From Nakamurella sp. (lineage in GTDB: Bacteria > Actinomycetota > Actinomycetes > Mycobacteriales > Nakamurellaceae): 64,000 bases of DNA. Shown here piece after piece: positions 47,056-56,521 of the stretch (positions are counted from its first letter, which is position 1; each line of letters starts with the position of its first letter). Location of the stretch: contig NZ_JBGAKE010000009.1 in NCBI RefSeq assembly GCF_044224575.1, forward strand, positions 32,162 to 96,161. The letters run 5' to 3'. Both the position numbers and the translations under genes were made by a program. The notes below the pieces were generated by a model. That model saw only the letters and a program-made list of their open reading frames with translations, was not told where the DNA came from and searched no databases.

Positions 47056-48587
47056 ATCCGGAAGACGCCGTAGGAGGGCGCAGGGGTCGGGGCGTTGGCC
47101 GCCACCACCAAGCCCATGCCCAGCACGCGGCGGGTGTCGGCCGGATCGATGATGCCGTCGTCCCAGAGTCGCGCGGTCGAGTAGTACGGCGAACCCTGCG
47201 CCTCGTACTGGGCGCGGATCGGCGTCTTGAAGGCTTCCTCCTCCGCCGGGCCGTCGAAGCCGCGCACGGTGGCCAGCACCGAGGCGGCCTGCTCGCCGCC
47301 CATCACCGAGATCCGGGCGTTGGGCCACATCCACAGGAACCGGGGGTCATAGGCGCGGCCGCACATACCGTAGTTGCCGGCGCCGAACGATCCGCCGATC
47401 ACCACGGTGAATTTCGGGACCACCGAGCAGGCGACCGCGGTGACCAGCTTGGCGCCGTCCTTGGCGATGCCCCCGTTCTCGTACTTGCGGCCGACCATGA
47501 ACCCGGTGATGTTCTGCAGGAACACCAGCGGGATGCCGCGCTGGTTGCACAGCTCGATGAAATGCGCTCCCTTGAGCGAGGATTCGCTGAACAGGATCCC
47601 GTTGTTGGCGATAATGCCGACCGGGTGCCCCCAGATGTGCGCGAACCCGCACACCAGGGTCTCACCGTAGAGTTTCTTGAACTCGTGCAGCCGGCTGCCG
47701 TCGACGATCCGGCGGATGACGTCGCGGACGTCGTAGGGGGTGCGGGTGTCGGCCGGCACCACGTCGTACAGCGACAAGGGGTCTTCGTGCGGCTCCTCAA
47801 CCGGAACCGTCCGGTACGGGGCGCCGGGTGACCGGCGTTCCAGGGTGCCGACGATGCTGCGGACGATGGCCAGCGCGTGCGCGTCGTCCTGCGCCAGATG
47901 GTCGGCTACCCCGGACGTGCGGGCATGCACGTCGCCACCACCGAGTTCCTCGGCGGTGACCACCTCGCCGGTGGCGGCCTGCACCAGCGGTGGGCCGCCC
48001 AGGAAGATGGTGCCCTGGTTCCGGACAATCACCGTCTCGTCCGACATCGCCGGCATGTAGGCCCCGCCCGCGGTGCAGGACCCCATCACACTCGCGATCT
48101 GCGGGATACCCCGCGCGGACAGATTGGCCTGGTTGAAGAAAATCCGGCCGAAATGCTCCCGGTCCGGGAAGACCTCGTCCTGCATTGGCAGGAACGCACC
48201 GCCCGAGTCGACGAGATAGATGCACGGCAGCTGGTTCTCGGCGGCGACGGCCTGGGCGCGCAGGTGCTTCTTGACCGTGAGGGGGTAATAGGTGCCACCC
48301 TTCACGGTCGCGTCGTTGCCCACCACGACGACCTCACGCCCACTCACCCGGCCGATCCCGGTGACGATCCCGGCGCTCGGCACGGCCCCGCCGTACATGT
48401 CGTACGCCGCCAACGGGCTGAGCTCCAGGAACGGACTGCCGGGGTCGAGCAGCCGATCGACGCGGTCCCGGACCAACAGCTTGCCGCGATCGGTGTGCCG
48501 GCGGCGGGACGCCTCGGTGCCCCCCCGCCGCACGGTGGAGAGCCGGTCACGCAGCTGGTCGACCAGGTCCCGCAGGGAGTCCACCAC
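47052..48587 (-). CDS. Acyl-CoA carboxylase carboxyltransferase subunit (AccD1/methylcrotonyl-CoA carboxylase beta-like)
   Basis: [49 protein letters not shown]. Confidence 0.95.
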   Translation of the reverse strand: MVDSLRDLVDQLRDRLSTVRRGGTEASRRRHTDRGKLLVRDRVDRLLDPGSPFLELSPLAAYDMYGGAVPSAGIVTGIGRVSGREVVVVGNDATVKGGTYYPLTVKKHLRAQAVAAENQLPCIYLVDSGGAFLPMQDEVFPDREHFGRIFFNQANLSARGIPQIASVMGSCTAGGAYMPAMSDETVIVRNQGTIFLGGPPLVQAATGEVVTAEELGGGDVHARTSGVADHLAQDDAHALAIVRSIVGTLERRSPGAPYRTVPVEEPHEDPLSLYDVVPADTRTPYDVRDVIRRIVDGSRLHEFKKLYGETLVCGFAHIWGHPVGIIANNGILFSESSLKGAHFIELCNQRGIPLVFLQNITGFMVGRKYENGGIAKDGAKLVTAVACSVVPKFTVVIGGSFGAGNYGMCGRAYDPRFLWMWPNARISVMGGEQAASVLATVRGFDGPAEEEAFKTPIRAQYEAQGSPYYSTARLWDDGIIDPADTRRVLGMGLVVAANAPTPAPSYGVFRM

Positions 48588-49778
48588 TCACTCCACCGGC
48601 AGCCCGAGGCCGCGGGCGATCAGCAGCCGCTGGACCTCGGAGGTGCCCTCGCCGATCTCCAGGATCTTCGCGTCGCGGTAGAAGCGGGCCACCGGGTACT
48701 CCTCCATGAATCCGTAACCGCCGAACACCTGGGTGGCGGTCCTGGTCGCGGTGACCGCGGACTCCGAACTGTAGAGCTTGGCCACGGCCGCGGCCCGTTT
48801 GAACTGCGCGGGCGTCGGCGCGCCCGGATGGCCGGCCAGCATGGCGTCCTTCATGGCCGCTGCCCGGTAGGTCAACCCCCGGGCGGCCTGCAGCATCACC
48901 TCGAGGTCGGCGATCTGGAACGCGACACCCTGCTTGCGGCCGATCGGACCGCCCATCGTGTGCCGGTCGCCGGCGTACTGGAGGCACTCGTCGAGGCAGG
49001 CCTGGATGAGCCCGACGGACAGGGCGGCGATGGCCACCCGCCCGTCGTCCAGGGTGTGCAGGAACTGGGCGTAACCACGGCCCCGCTCCCCCAGCAGGTT
49101 CCCGTCGGGAACCCGGCAGTCGATGAACGTCAGCGGGTGGGTGTCGGAGATGTGCCAGCCGAGCTTGTGGTAGGCGGGTTCGACGACGAAGCCCGGTGTG
49201 CCGGCCGGCACGATGATGGTGCTGATCTCCGGCCGGCCGGATTCCAGCACCCCGGTGCGCGCGGTGACCGTCACCAGGCTGGTGATCGACGAGCCCGAGT
49301 TGGTGATGAACTGCTTGGCGCCGTTGACGATCCACTGGCCGTCGACCAGGTCCGCCTTGGTCCGGGTGGCCCCGGCGTCCGAGCCGGCGCCCGGCTCGGT
49401 GAGGCCGAAGCCGGCGAGCGCCCGGCCGGCGACCAGGTCGGGCAGCCACTGTTGCCGCTGCTGCGCCGACCCGTAGGTCAGGATCGGGTTGATGCCCAGT
49501 CCGACCCCGGCCTCCAGGGTGACGCCGATGGACTGGTCGATCCGGCCGAGCTCCTCGATGGCAACGCACAGCGAGGTGAAGTCACCGTCGTCGCCGGCGC
49601 CACCGAATTCTTCGGGCGCGGTCAGGCCGAACAGCCCCATCTGCCCCATCTTCTGCACGACGTCGACCGGGAAATGGTGGTCCCGATCCCACTGGGCGAC
49701 GTGTGGGGCGATCTCCTTCTCGGCGAAATCGCGGACCGCGGCGCGGAACGCCTCGTGCTCTTCCGAGAGCTCGAACAT
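48588..49778 (-). CDS. Acyl-CoA dehydrogenase (isovaleryl-CoA dehydrogenase-like by context)
   Basis: GFGLTEPGAGSDAG, NGAKQFITN, GGYGFMEEYPVARFYRDAKILEIGEGTSEVQR; AAGGAG RBS. Confidence 0.92.
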   Translation of the reverse strand: MFELSEEHEAFRAAVRDFAEKEIAPHVAQWDRDHHFPVDVVQKMGQMGLFGLTAPEEFGGAGDDGDFTSLCVAIEELGRIDQSIGVTLEAGVGLGINPILTYGSAQQRQQWLPDLVAGRALAGFGLTEPGAGSDAGATRTKADLVDGQWIVNGAKQFITNSGSSITSLVTVTARTGVLESGRPEISTIIVPAGTPGFVVEPAYHKLGWHISDTHPLTFIDCRVPDGNLLGERGRGYAQFLHTLDDGRVAIAALSVGLIQACLDECLQYAGDRHTMGGPIGRKQGVAFQIADLEVMLQAARGLTYRAAAMKDAMLAGHPGAPTPAQFKRAAAVAKLYSSESAVTATRTATQVFGGYGFMEEYPVARFYRDAKILEIGEGTSEVQRLLIARGLGLPVE

Positions 49779-49820
49779 GATGCTCCTTGGCTGCTGGGGC
49801 CCGACCCGGGGGCGAGCCGT

Positions 49821-49842
49821 GGGGTTAACACTCATTAACCCC
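49821..49842. promoter_or_regulatory. TetR-type operator GGG-GTTAA-CACTCA-TTAAC-CCC (AccR/BkaR-like)
   Basis: Perfect 8-bp arms with a 6-bp spacer, about 45 bp upstream of the acyl-CoA dehydrogenase; matches the GTTAA-N6-TTAAC site I recall for Streptomyces AccR. Confidence 0.8.
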
Positions 49843-50009
49843 AGGAAACGAGACTAACAGCGACTCACGGCAGCGTCCAGACCGTGTGCGGGTCGGTCTC
49901 GGGTCGCCGAGCGTGGCCCGGAGGTCGCACGCTGGGCCGAAATAGGTCGCTCTGTCCGATTCATTCGGTCACACTGGACCGGCGGAAAGTTGCTCAGGGG
50001 AGGACGGAC

Positions 50010-52298
50010 ATGGAACCGCTTCGGCCGCCAGTGCTCCCGGAGCTGTCGTATCTGGTGCGCCAGCTGCTCGAGCAGGACCCGGATCTGGCTGTCGGGCTGC
50101 GCCGACTCAACCTGGCCGAACCCGACCTCGTGACCCTGGCGATGCCGCACGGCGATCGGATCCTTCGCGGTGCCACACCGGAGATCGATCAACTCGCCAT
50201 CGCCGAGTCCCAGCTTCATGCGGCGGAACGTCAGATGGCCACCGGGGTCCGGCTTCACCTTTCCTCGGGTCGGCCCGTTCGGCTCGCCCTTCTGATCGGC
50301 GGACTCGTCGTTGGTGCGGTCGCGCTCATGGATGCGCTCGGGGTGACGGACGCGCTCGGAGTCGACTTTCCCAACGTGTTGCCAAAGCTCGGAGGCGCCC
50401 TCGTCATGGCGATCATGGGGACGGGTGCCGCTGTGTGGTGGTCGAGGCGCCGCCGAGGGAGTGCTTCGAAGGACCGGTGGCGGGCTGAGATCGACCTGCA
50501 TCGCAACCGCGTGCACACCGCCCGCGCCGCGGTCGTCACCGCGTTGGTTGATCGCGGATTGCGTCCGATCGTTCTTCAGCTCAGGGCGGAACGCGACAAC
50601 CCGGCTTATACGACTCGACTTCAGTATGTCTCGGCTCGGGGTCTGAGTCAGATATTCGACCCCACCCTGCTTGAGGTCGAGACTCCCGCTGTCCGGCGCG
50701 TCCGGGGCTTTCTGGACGGGACTCCCGGTGGCAGCATCGGCCTGGCCGGCCCACGGGGCACCGGGAAGAGCACTCTGCTGGCGTCGTTCGTCGATGGTCG
50801 GAGTCGACGATCGGACAATCGGCGGGCGCGCGCGATTCAGGTGTCGGCGCCGGTCGAATACGACCCTCGGGACTTCATTCTCCACGTGTTTGCCACGCTG
50901 TGCGAGTCGGTGATGGTCCCTCGACCGCCGACGGCTGCGCCGGCTGCGCGGCCTGGTGGTCAGTCGCCTCCATGGAGTGGTTCGGGCCGCAACGGTGGAT
51001 CTGCTCCGGTCGCCGGTGCTCTGGTATGCATTGTCGCGGGTGTCCTGCTGTTGCTCCCGACGTTTGGAATGCCGGACGTGGATTGGCGGAAGTGGGGTGG
51101 ATACGGCCTGCTGGTCGGCGGTGTGCTGCTGGTCGTCCTCCTGGCGGCCGATCGGTGGCTCGCTGCATCGCGTTCGGCTTCGCGGGCGGCGACCGCATCC
51201 CTGGTCCAGCCGCTCGAGGGTGTCGCGCCGGCCACCGCTCTCCTGGCCGCCGAGTACCTGGAGTTGATTCGATACCAGCGGACCTATACCAGCGGCTGGT
51301 CCGGTTCGGCTAAAGCCGGGTTCGCCGCCTTCGAGGTCGGCGCCGGGGTCACCGGTTCGGTTGCCCGTGTGGCCACCGGCTGGAGCCTTCCCGAGATAGT
51401 GTCCTCCTTCAAGGATTTCGTGACCACCTTGGCCGCGACGGAGCCAGTGATCATCGGCGTCGACGAACTCGACAAGATTGCCACGGCGGAACGGGCGCAC
51501 GACTTTCTGAATGACATCAAGTCCCTGTTCGGCGTCGAGCAGTGCTATTTCCTGATTTCGATCTCCGAGGACGCCCTTTCCAGCTTCGAGCGGCGCGGCC
51601 TGCCCCTTCGGGACGCCTTCGACAGCGCGCTGGACGACGTCGTTCCCGTCCGGCCGTTGGACTACCCGACTGCGCGCAAGCTCATCCGACAACGGGTGAT
51701 CGGGCTGTCCAACCCGCACACCGCATTGGTGTACTGCCTCGGCGCGGGTCTGCCGCGCGACATCATCCGGTGGACGCGTGCACTCGTGCAGTCCGGGAAG
51801 GTCGGCGATCGTCTGGAGGCCCTCACTCGCCACCTGGTGGGCGAGGATCTGCAGCGGAAGGTCTTCGCGTCGACGGTCGCGCTGTCCCGACATCCCGCCC
51901 CGGCGGCGGCCGATATGGAATTCGTGGGCGGGCTCGTTCCGGTCGCCGAACCCGCCTGGTTGCTCGACTGCATTTCGAGTCGCCAGATATCCGCCCCCAC
52001 GGTGCGCGACGGCCATGAGCCGGTCATCGATGGCCTGCTGGCCTACTTCTACTTCTGCGCCACCGTCCTGGAGGTCTTCCTCGACGACATCACTGAATCC
52101 GAGTTCGCCGCGTTCACCAGCCCAGATCGTCCATTGGACGGGGTCGAGCAGCTGACGTTCGCCCGTCAATCCTTCAGCAGCGGCCCGGCGGTGGCCGTCG
52201 GCCAGATCACGGCGTTCCGGCGGCGACGCGGGCTGTCCTGTCCGAACCCGGCACCGACCGGGCCGGCCGGGTCTGCCGCCATCGCCGCGGCTGCCTGA
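50010..52298 (+). CDS. Membrane-anchored P-loop NTPase, KAP-family-like
   Basis: Walker A GLAGPRGTGKST, Walker B VIIGVDELDK; TM pair at the N-terminus and a second TM pair inserted between Walker A and B; GGAGG RBS. Confidence 0.8.
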   Translation: MEPLRPPVLPELSYLVRQLLEQDPDLAVGLRRLNLAEPDLVTLAMPHGDRILRGATPEIDQLAIAESQLHAAERQMATGVRLHLSSGRPVRLALLIGGLVVGAVALMDALGVTDALGVDFPNVLPKLGGALVMAIMGTGAAVWWSRRRRGSASKDRWRAEIDLHRNRVHTARAAVVTALVDRGLRPIVLQLRAERDNPAYTTRLQYVSARGLSQIFDPTLLEVETPAVRRVRGFLDGTPGGSIGLAGPRGTGKSTLLASFVDGRSRRSDNRRARAIQVSAPVEYDPRDFILHVFATLCESVMVPRPPTAAPAARPGGQSPPWSGSGRNGGSAPVAGALVCIVAGVLLLLPTFGMPDVDWRKWGGYGLLVGGVLLVVLLAADRWLAASRSASRAATASLVQPLEGVAPATALLAAEYLELIRYQRTYTSGWSGSAKAGFAAFEVGAGVTGSVARVATGWSLPEIVSSFKDFVTTLAATEPVIIGVDELDKIATAERAHDFLNDIKSLFGVEQCYFLISISEDALSSFERRGLPLRDAFDSALDDVVPVRPLDYPTARKLIRQRVIGLSNPHTALVYCLGAGLPRDIIRWTRALVQSGKVGDRLEALTRHLVGEDLQRKVFASTVALSRHPAPAAADMEFVGGLVPVAEPAWLLDCISSRQISAPTVRDGHEPVIDGLLAYFYFCATVLEVFLDDITESEFAAFTSPDRPLDGVEQLTFARQSFSSGPAVAVGQITAFRRRRGLSCPNPAPTGPAGSAAIAAAA

Positions 52299-52315
52299 GG
52301 ACCGGCGTGAGCGGT

Positions 52316-52660
52316 CTACTCCGATCGCACGATGTCGATCGAGATCTCCACCGCGGGCACTGTGCCGCGGTTCTCGAGCCAGTGCAGGGTCCGCCGATCC
52401 TCCGGCCACCCGACCCCGGGACCGTAATCCGTCACCGTCCCGTCGCGATGATCGGTGATCGTGCCCGACAGGACGTAGACGACGCCGGGCCGGTCCCGGT
52501 GGTCGTGAACCGGACCGAAGACTCCGCCGGGTTCGATCGTCACCATGCGCATCCGAAGTTGTCGTCCCGCCATTCCGTCGATCTCGGGTCCGAGGTCAAC
52601 CGTGGCAAGTGGTTGCACGGTCACCCCTTTCGTTTCGCACGCCGCCTGGTCGTCGTTCAT
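52316..52660 (-). CDS. Cupin domain protein
   Basis: TIEPGG...VHDH.DRPG..YVLSG.I, GWPE....HW.EN; AAGGAGG RBS. Confidence 0.85.
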   Translation of the reverse strand: MNDDQAACETKGVTVQPLATVDLGPEIDGMAGRQLRMRMVTIEPGGVFGPVHDHRDRPGVVYVLSGTITDHRDGTVTDYGPGVGWPEDRRTLHWLENRGTVPAVEISIDIVRSE

Positions 52661-52755
52661 CGTGCCCTCCTTGCCGCATTTCCGAGGCCTGGTGCTCACC
52701 GTAGGACTGGGCCCCGCCCGGCGCATCCGTCACGCCCAACGACGCCGGCCGCAGG

Positions 52756-53532
52756 TCACAGCCGCTCGACGGGGGTGGCGACCGGCTGGCCGCCACGGTG
52801 CTTGGGCCGGGACGTGGTCGCTGTCAGCCATGCCGCGGTGGCCGGCACGACGACGGTGGGGAACAGCACGGGCAGGACCAGCAGCTGCACCCAGTCGACG
52901 AAGGTGTTGCCGGTGAACCCGGTCCAGGACCAGGGAACCAGGTATCCGCAGGCGATCAGCAGGCCGAGCATCGCCAGCAGCGCGGCTCCGATGCCGTAGT
53001 GGACCGCGGTGATCGTCCGCTCGGCGCGCAGGAAGCGCACGCTGGTGATCGCGATGGGCAGCAGCAGCAGCGACAACCAGTCCCACAAGGTGTTTCCGGT
53101 GAATCCGGTCCAGTTCAGCGGCGCCGCGTAGCCGATGATCACGAAGGCGACGAAGGCGACGGTCAGTCCCCCCATCAGGATCTTCCGCTCGGCGCGCATC
53201 GCCTGGTGCTGCCGCAACAGCGTCGGCAGGGCCGCGAAGGCGATCGGCACCAGCAGCAGCTGCAGCCAGTGCCACAGGGTGTCCTTCGCGGTGATGCCGG
53301 TCCACGCCCAGCCCTGCGTGTAACCGCCCCACAGGATCACGCCGAACGCGATGAGGACCGCGACGGTCAGCGCGGCGGTCGCCCGACCGGATGGCCGGCC
53401 GACCTGATGGCCGGAACCGGCGGACACCGCTGCCGATGCGGTCGCTCCGGTGCCGGCTGTGGTGTCCACGAATTGGGTGCCCGGGTGAGTCCGGTCGCGG
53501 TCGGCGGTGATGGACGGCAGCGACATGATCAT
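52756..53532 (-). CDS. Membrane protein with three GY...W.WTG.....TLW.W..LL..P repeats
   Basis: Repeats read from the translation; GGAGG RBS. Confidence 0.75.
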   Translation of the reverse strand: MIMSLPSITADRDRTHPGTQFVDTTAGTGATASAAVSAGSGHQVGRPSGRATAALTVAVLIAFGVILWGGYTQGWAWTGITAKDTLWHWLQLLLVPIAFAALPTLLRQHQAMRAERKILMGGLTVAFVAFVIIGYAAPLNWTGFTGNTLWDWLSLLLLPIAITSVRFLRAERTITAVHYGIGAALLAMLGLLIACGYLVPWSWTGFTGNTFVDWVQLLVLPVLFPTVVVPATAAWLTATTSRPKHRGGQPVATPVERL

Positions 53533-53697
53533 CGGTCCTCCGTTCGGTGCCGGCTCGTTCCTGGGCGAGCCGATGACCCCACTGTCGGCCGAATCGGCCG
53601 CGCGCACCGTCGTTCGACCGGCCGATGACGCGGTGGATGCGCCGTCCGCCGATCGGTGGAGGGAGCGGTCATCCCGTGCGGACCGCTCGGTTCGCGG

Positions 53698-54576
53698 CTA
53701 TGCGCCTCGACGGGCCCTCGTGGCCGGACGATCGCCGGCGGGCCGGCCGGCCGGCGGCGCCTTTCGGCGACTGGTGCGCTGACATCGCACGCACCAGAAC
53801 AGGTTCCGTCCGCCGAACTCCTTCATCCGGACCGGAGTGCCGCAGACCAGGCACGGTTGGTCGGCGCGCCGGTAGACGTACACCTCGCCGCCGTGCCGGT
53901 CCACCCGAGGTGCACGGCCCATGGCGACCGGGCCGTGCTCCGGTCGGACCGTATCGATCCGGCCGCGGAGGACCGCGTCGTGCATCAGACCGACCAGGTC
54001 CGTCCAGATCGCATCCCATTCGGCACGGCGCAGGAGTCGACCCGCCATGCCGGGGTCGATGCGCTGCCGGAACAGAACCTCGGCGCGGAAGATGTTGCCC
54101 ACCCCGGCGGCCACCCGCTGATCCATCAACAACAGGCCGATGGGCGTCGCGGACGTGCGGACCCGGGCCCAGCCCGCCTCCGGTTCGGCGTCCTCGCGGA
54201 GCGGATCCGGTCCCAGCCGGTCGGTGATGGCGGCGACCTCGGCCGCGTCGACCAGCTGGCAGGCCTGTGGTCCGCGCAGGTCGGCGCAGTGCCGGTCGTT
54301 CTCCAGGCGCCAACGGATCTGGCCGAGAACCGGTCGTGCGTCGCCGTCGATGAAATTCAGCTTGCCGAGCAGCCCGAGGTGCACGTGCACGCTCCGGTCA
54401 CCGATGCGGACGAACAGGTTCTTGCCGTACGCTTCGGCCGACTCGAACCGATGACCGTCGAGATCGGCGGCCTGGTCGGCGAACCGCCCCTGCGGACTGG
54501 TCGACCGGACCGGGTCACCGGCGAACCGGTCGGTGAGCCCGGCCGCCAGGCGGTGGGTCACGTGACCTTCGGGCAT
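53698..54576 (-). CDS. nei: Fpg/Nei family DNA glycosylase
   Basis: N-terminal MPEG, YGKNL, HLGL.G, LGPDPL, LLMDQR..AGVGNIFRAE.LF, C..CG....R...WC..CQ zinc finger. Confidence 0.92.
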   Translation of the reverse strand: MPEGHVTHRLAAGLTDRFAGDPVRSTSPQGRFADQAADLDGHRFESAEAYGKNLFVRIGDRSVHVHLGLLGKLNFIDGDARPVLGQIRWRLENDRHCADLRGPQACQLVDAAEVAAITDRLGPDPLREDAEPEAGWARVRTSATPIGLLLMDQRVAAGVGNIFRAEVLFRQRIDPGMAGRLLRRAEWDAIWTDLVGLMHDAVLRGRIDTVRPEHGPVAMGRAPRVDRHGGEVYVYRRADQPCLVCGTPVRMKEFGGRNLFWCVRCQRTSRRKAPPAGRPAGDRPATRARRGA

Positions 54577-54667
54577 GCCCGGCAGTCTGCCAGGTGTGTG
54601 ACGTCGATCGACCGCGGCGGCCGCGCACGGTCCGGGCACCTCGGGCCGTCGGCGAGCACGGCGGGCG

Positions 54668-56521
54668 TCAAGCGGCCTGGCGGTCCCACAGCCGGTCGGC
54701 GGCCCGGCACATCCGCTCGAACGCCCCACCGCGAGCCAGCAGCTCCTCCGGCGCACCCTGCTCGATCACCGACCCCCGGTCGAGGACGACGACGTGGTCG
54801 GCCGACATCGCCGCCGGCATCCGGTGGGTGATGAGCAGCACCGCCCGGTTGGTGAACGATCGGCGCACCCGGTCCACCAGGTCGCGCTCGGCCATCGGGT
54901 CCAGCGGGGCGGACGGCTCGTCCAGGATGAGCATCCGGCCGCCGCGGTAGAACGTGCGGGCCAACGCGATCCGTTGCCATTGGCCGCCGGACAGCTCCGC
55001 GCCGCCGTCCTGTTCGCGGCCCAGATCGGTGTTCAGACCCTCCGGGTACCGGCGGAGCAGGTCCTCGCCACCGGCCCGGGCCAACGCGGCGCGGATCCGC
55101 TCGTCATCGCCGGGTCGGTGCACCGCCCCGAACGCCACGTTGTCCCGCAGCGTTTCCTGATAGCGCCCCGCGTCCTGCAGCAGCAGGGCGACGTCCGGCC
55201 GCCACCGGTCGGCGGCGAGTTGCGCCCGGTCGGTCCCGTCCCAGAGCACCCGTCCCGCGGTCGGCGTGAGCAGGCCGCCCAGCACGGCGGCCAGCGTCGA
55301 CTTGCCCGATCCGTTCGCGCCGACGACCGCGATCACCTGACCGGTGCGGATCCGCAGGTCGACGTCGCGCAGCGCCGGCCCGGACGCGCCCGGGTACCAC
55401 AGCGTCACTCCCTGCAACGCGACCTCGAGGGCATGGTGGGCCCCCGTGCCATGGGCCGGCGGGTCGGGACACTCGTCCGTCACGGACGGCACCGCCGCCA
55501 GCACGGCGGCGTGGTCGTCGACGAACTGGGCGGCCTCCTGCACCTGGCGGATCCCGGTGGCGGCGTCCGCCAGCCGGCCACGCAGGGCCGCGCCCACCGC
55601 GCCGGCCGCCACCGCGTCGGAAATCTGCAGGTTTCCGCCGATCAGCAGGACGAGCAGGGCGGCGAAGCCGGCGGCCAGCAGCACGCCGCCGACGGCCCGC
55701 GCGCGCAGCTGGCGCCGAGCCTTGGCCCAGGATGTGGTGGCGACCTCCCGGAATCGCTCCGCGGACAGGGTCCCGTATCGGGTGAGCAGGACCGGGGTGA
55801 GCTCGAGCGCACGGATCTCGGCGGCCCGCTCGCGCCGGGTGAGCAGTCCGGCCAGGTACATTCGCCGGCGTTCCAGCCGGGACAGCCCACGCACGGTCTC
55901 GTAGGTCTGCTCGCCGTCCCGGCGGGCCGCCCACCACAACGGCACCGCCGCCGCGATGGCGACCCCGGCCAGCCACGGCTGCACCGTCAGCACGGCAACG
56001 GTCAGGGCCGCCGCGCCGACCGCACCGGACAGCAGGATCCCCAGGCCGACCGCGAGTTGTGCGGGCCGCACGAGGGACCCGGTCTCGACCCGCTTGAGCC
56101 GGTCCAGCACCTCCGGACGGTCGAAGTCGGCCAGCGGGATCGTGCCGGCGACCCGCAGCACCTCGATGGTGGTCACCGCGGCCAGCCGTTCGCCGAGCAC
56201 GGTGGCCAACGCGGGCTGCGCGGATTGACAGATCGCCCCCGTCGCCAGCGCGGCGATCAGCAGCGTCCCCGGTCCCACCAGGGCACCCGCCGCGGGTGGC
56301 GCCGCCGAACCCGACTCGCCGAGCAGAGCCGCCGTGACGAGCTGCAGGCCCGCGACCGCGCCGACCACCGCCAGCGCCTCGACGACCTGCACCGCGAGGA
56401 CGACCAGGAACAACCTGGGGGCACCCGCCCGGGCGAGCCGGAGCCCGCGCCGGAGCATGTGGAACAGTCCGGCACGTCCGTCACCGGGTCCCGGCTCAGG
56501 CGGGGACGAGGGCGAGTTCAT
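54668..56521 (-). CDS. ABC exporter (fused permease + ATPase) with no N-terminal peptidase domain
   Basis: GANGSGKST, LSGGQWQRIALAR, ILDEPSAPLDP, LITHR; start codon lies inside the 3' end of the ATP-grasp gene. Confidence 0.92.
   Translation of the reverse strand: MNSPSSPPEPGPGDGRAGLFHMLRRGLRLARAGAPRLFLVVLAVQVVEALAVVGAVAGLQLVTAALLGESGSAAPPAAGALVGPGTLLIAALATGAICQSAQPALATVLGERLAAVTTIEVLRVAGTIPLADFDRPEVLDRLKRVETGSLVRPAQLAVGLGILLSGAVGAAALTVAVLTVQPWLAGVAIAAAVPLWWAARRDGEQTYETVRGLSRLERRRMYLAGLLTRRERAAEIRALELTPVLLTRYGTLSAERFREVATTSWAKARRQLRARAVGGVLLAAGFAALLVLLIGGNLQISDAVAAGAVGAALRGRLADAATGIRQVQEAAQFVDDHAAVLAAVPSVTDECPDPPAHGTGAHHALEVALQGVTLWYPGASGPALRDVDLRIRTGQVIAVVGANGSGKSTLAAVLGGLLTPTAGRVLWDGTDRAQLAADRWRPDVALLLQDAGRYQETLRDNVAFGAVHRPGDDERIRAALARAGGEDLLRRYPEGLNTDLGREQDGGAELSGGQWQRIALARTFYRGGRMLILDEPSAPLDPMAERDLVDRVRRSFTNRAVLLITHRMPAAMSADHVVVLDRGSVIEQGAPEELLARGGAFERMCRAADRLWDRQAA

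Noticed and set aside
49854-52409. Long antisense ORFs (also 9331-11202, 19139-21439, 27039-29069, 47877-49838, 54794-56551)
   Set aside because: Stop-poor shadow frames expected in high-GC DNA; each lies opposite a gene with clear family motifs and has none itself.
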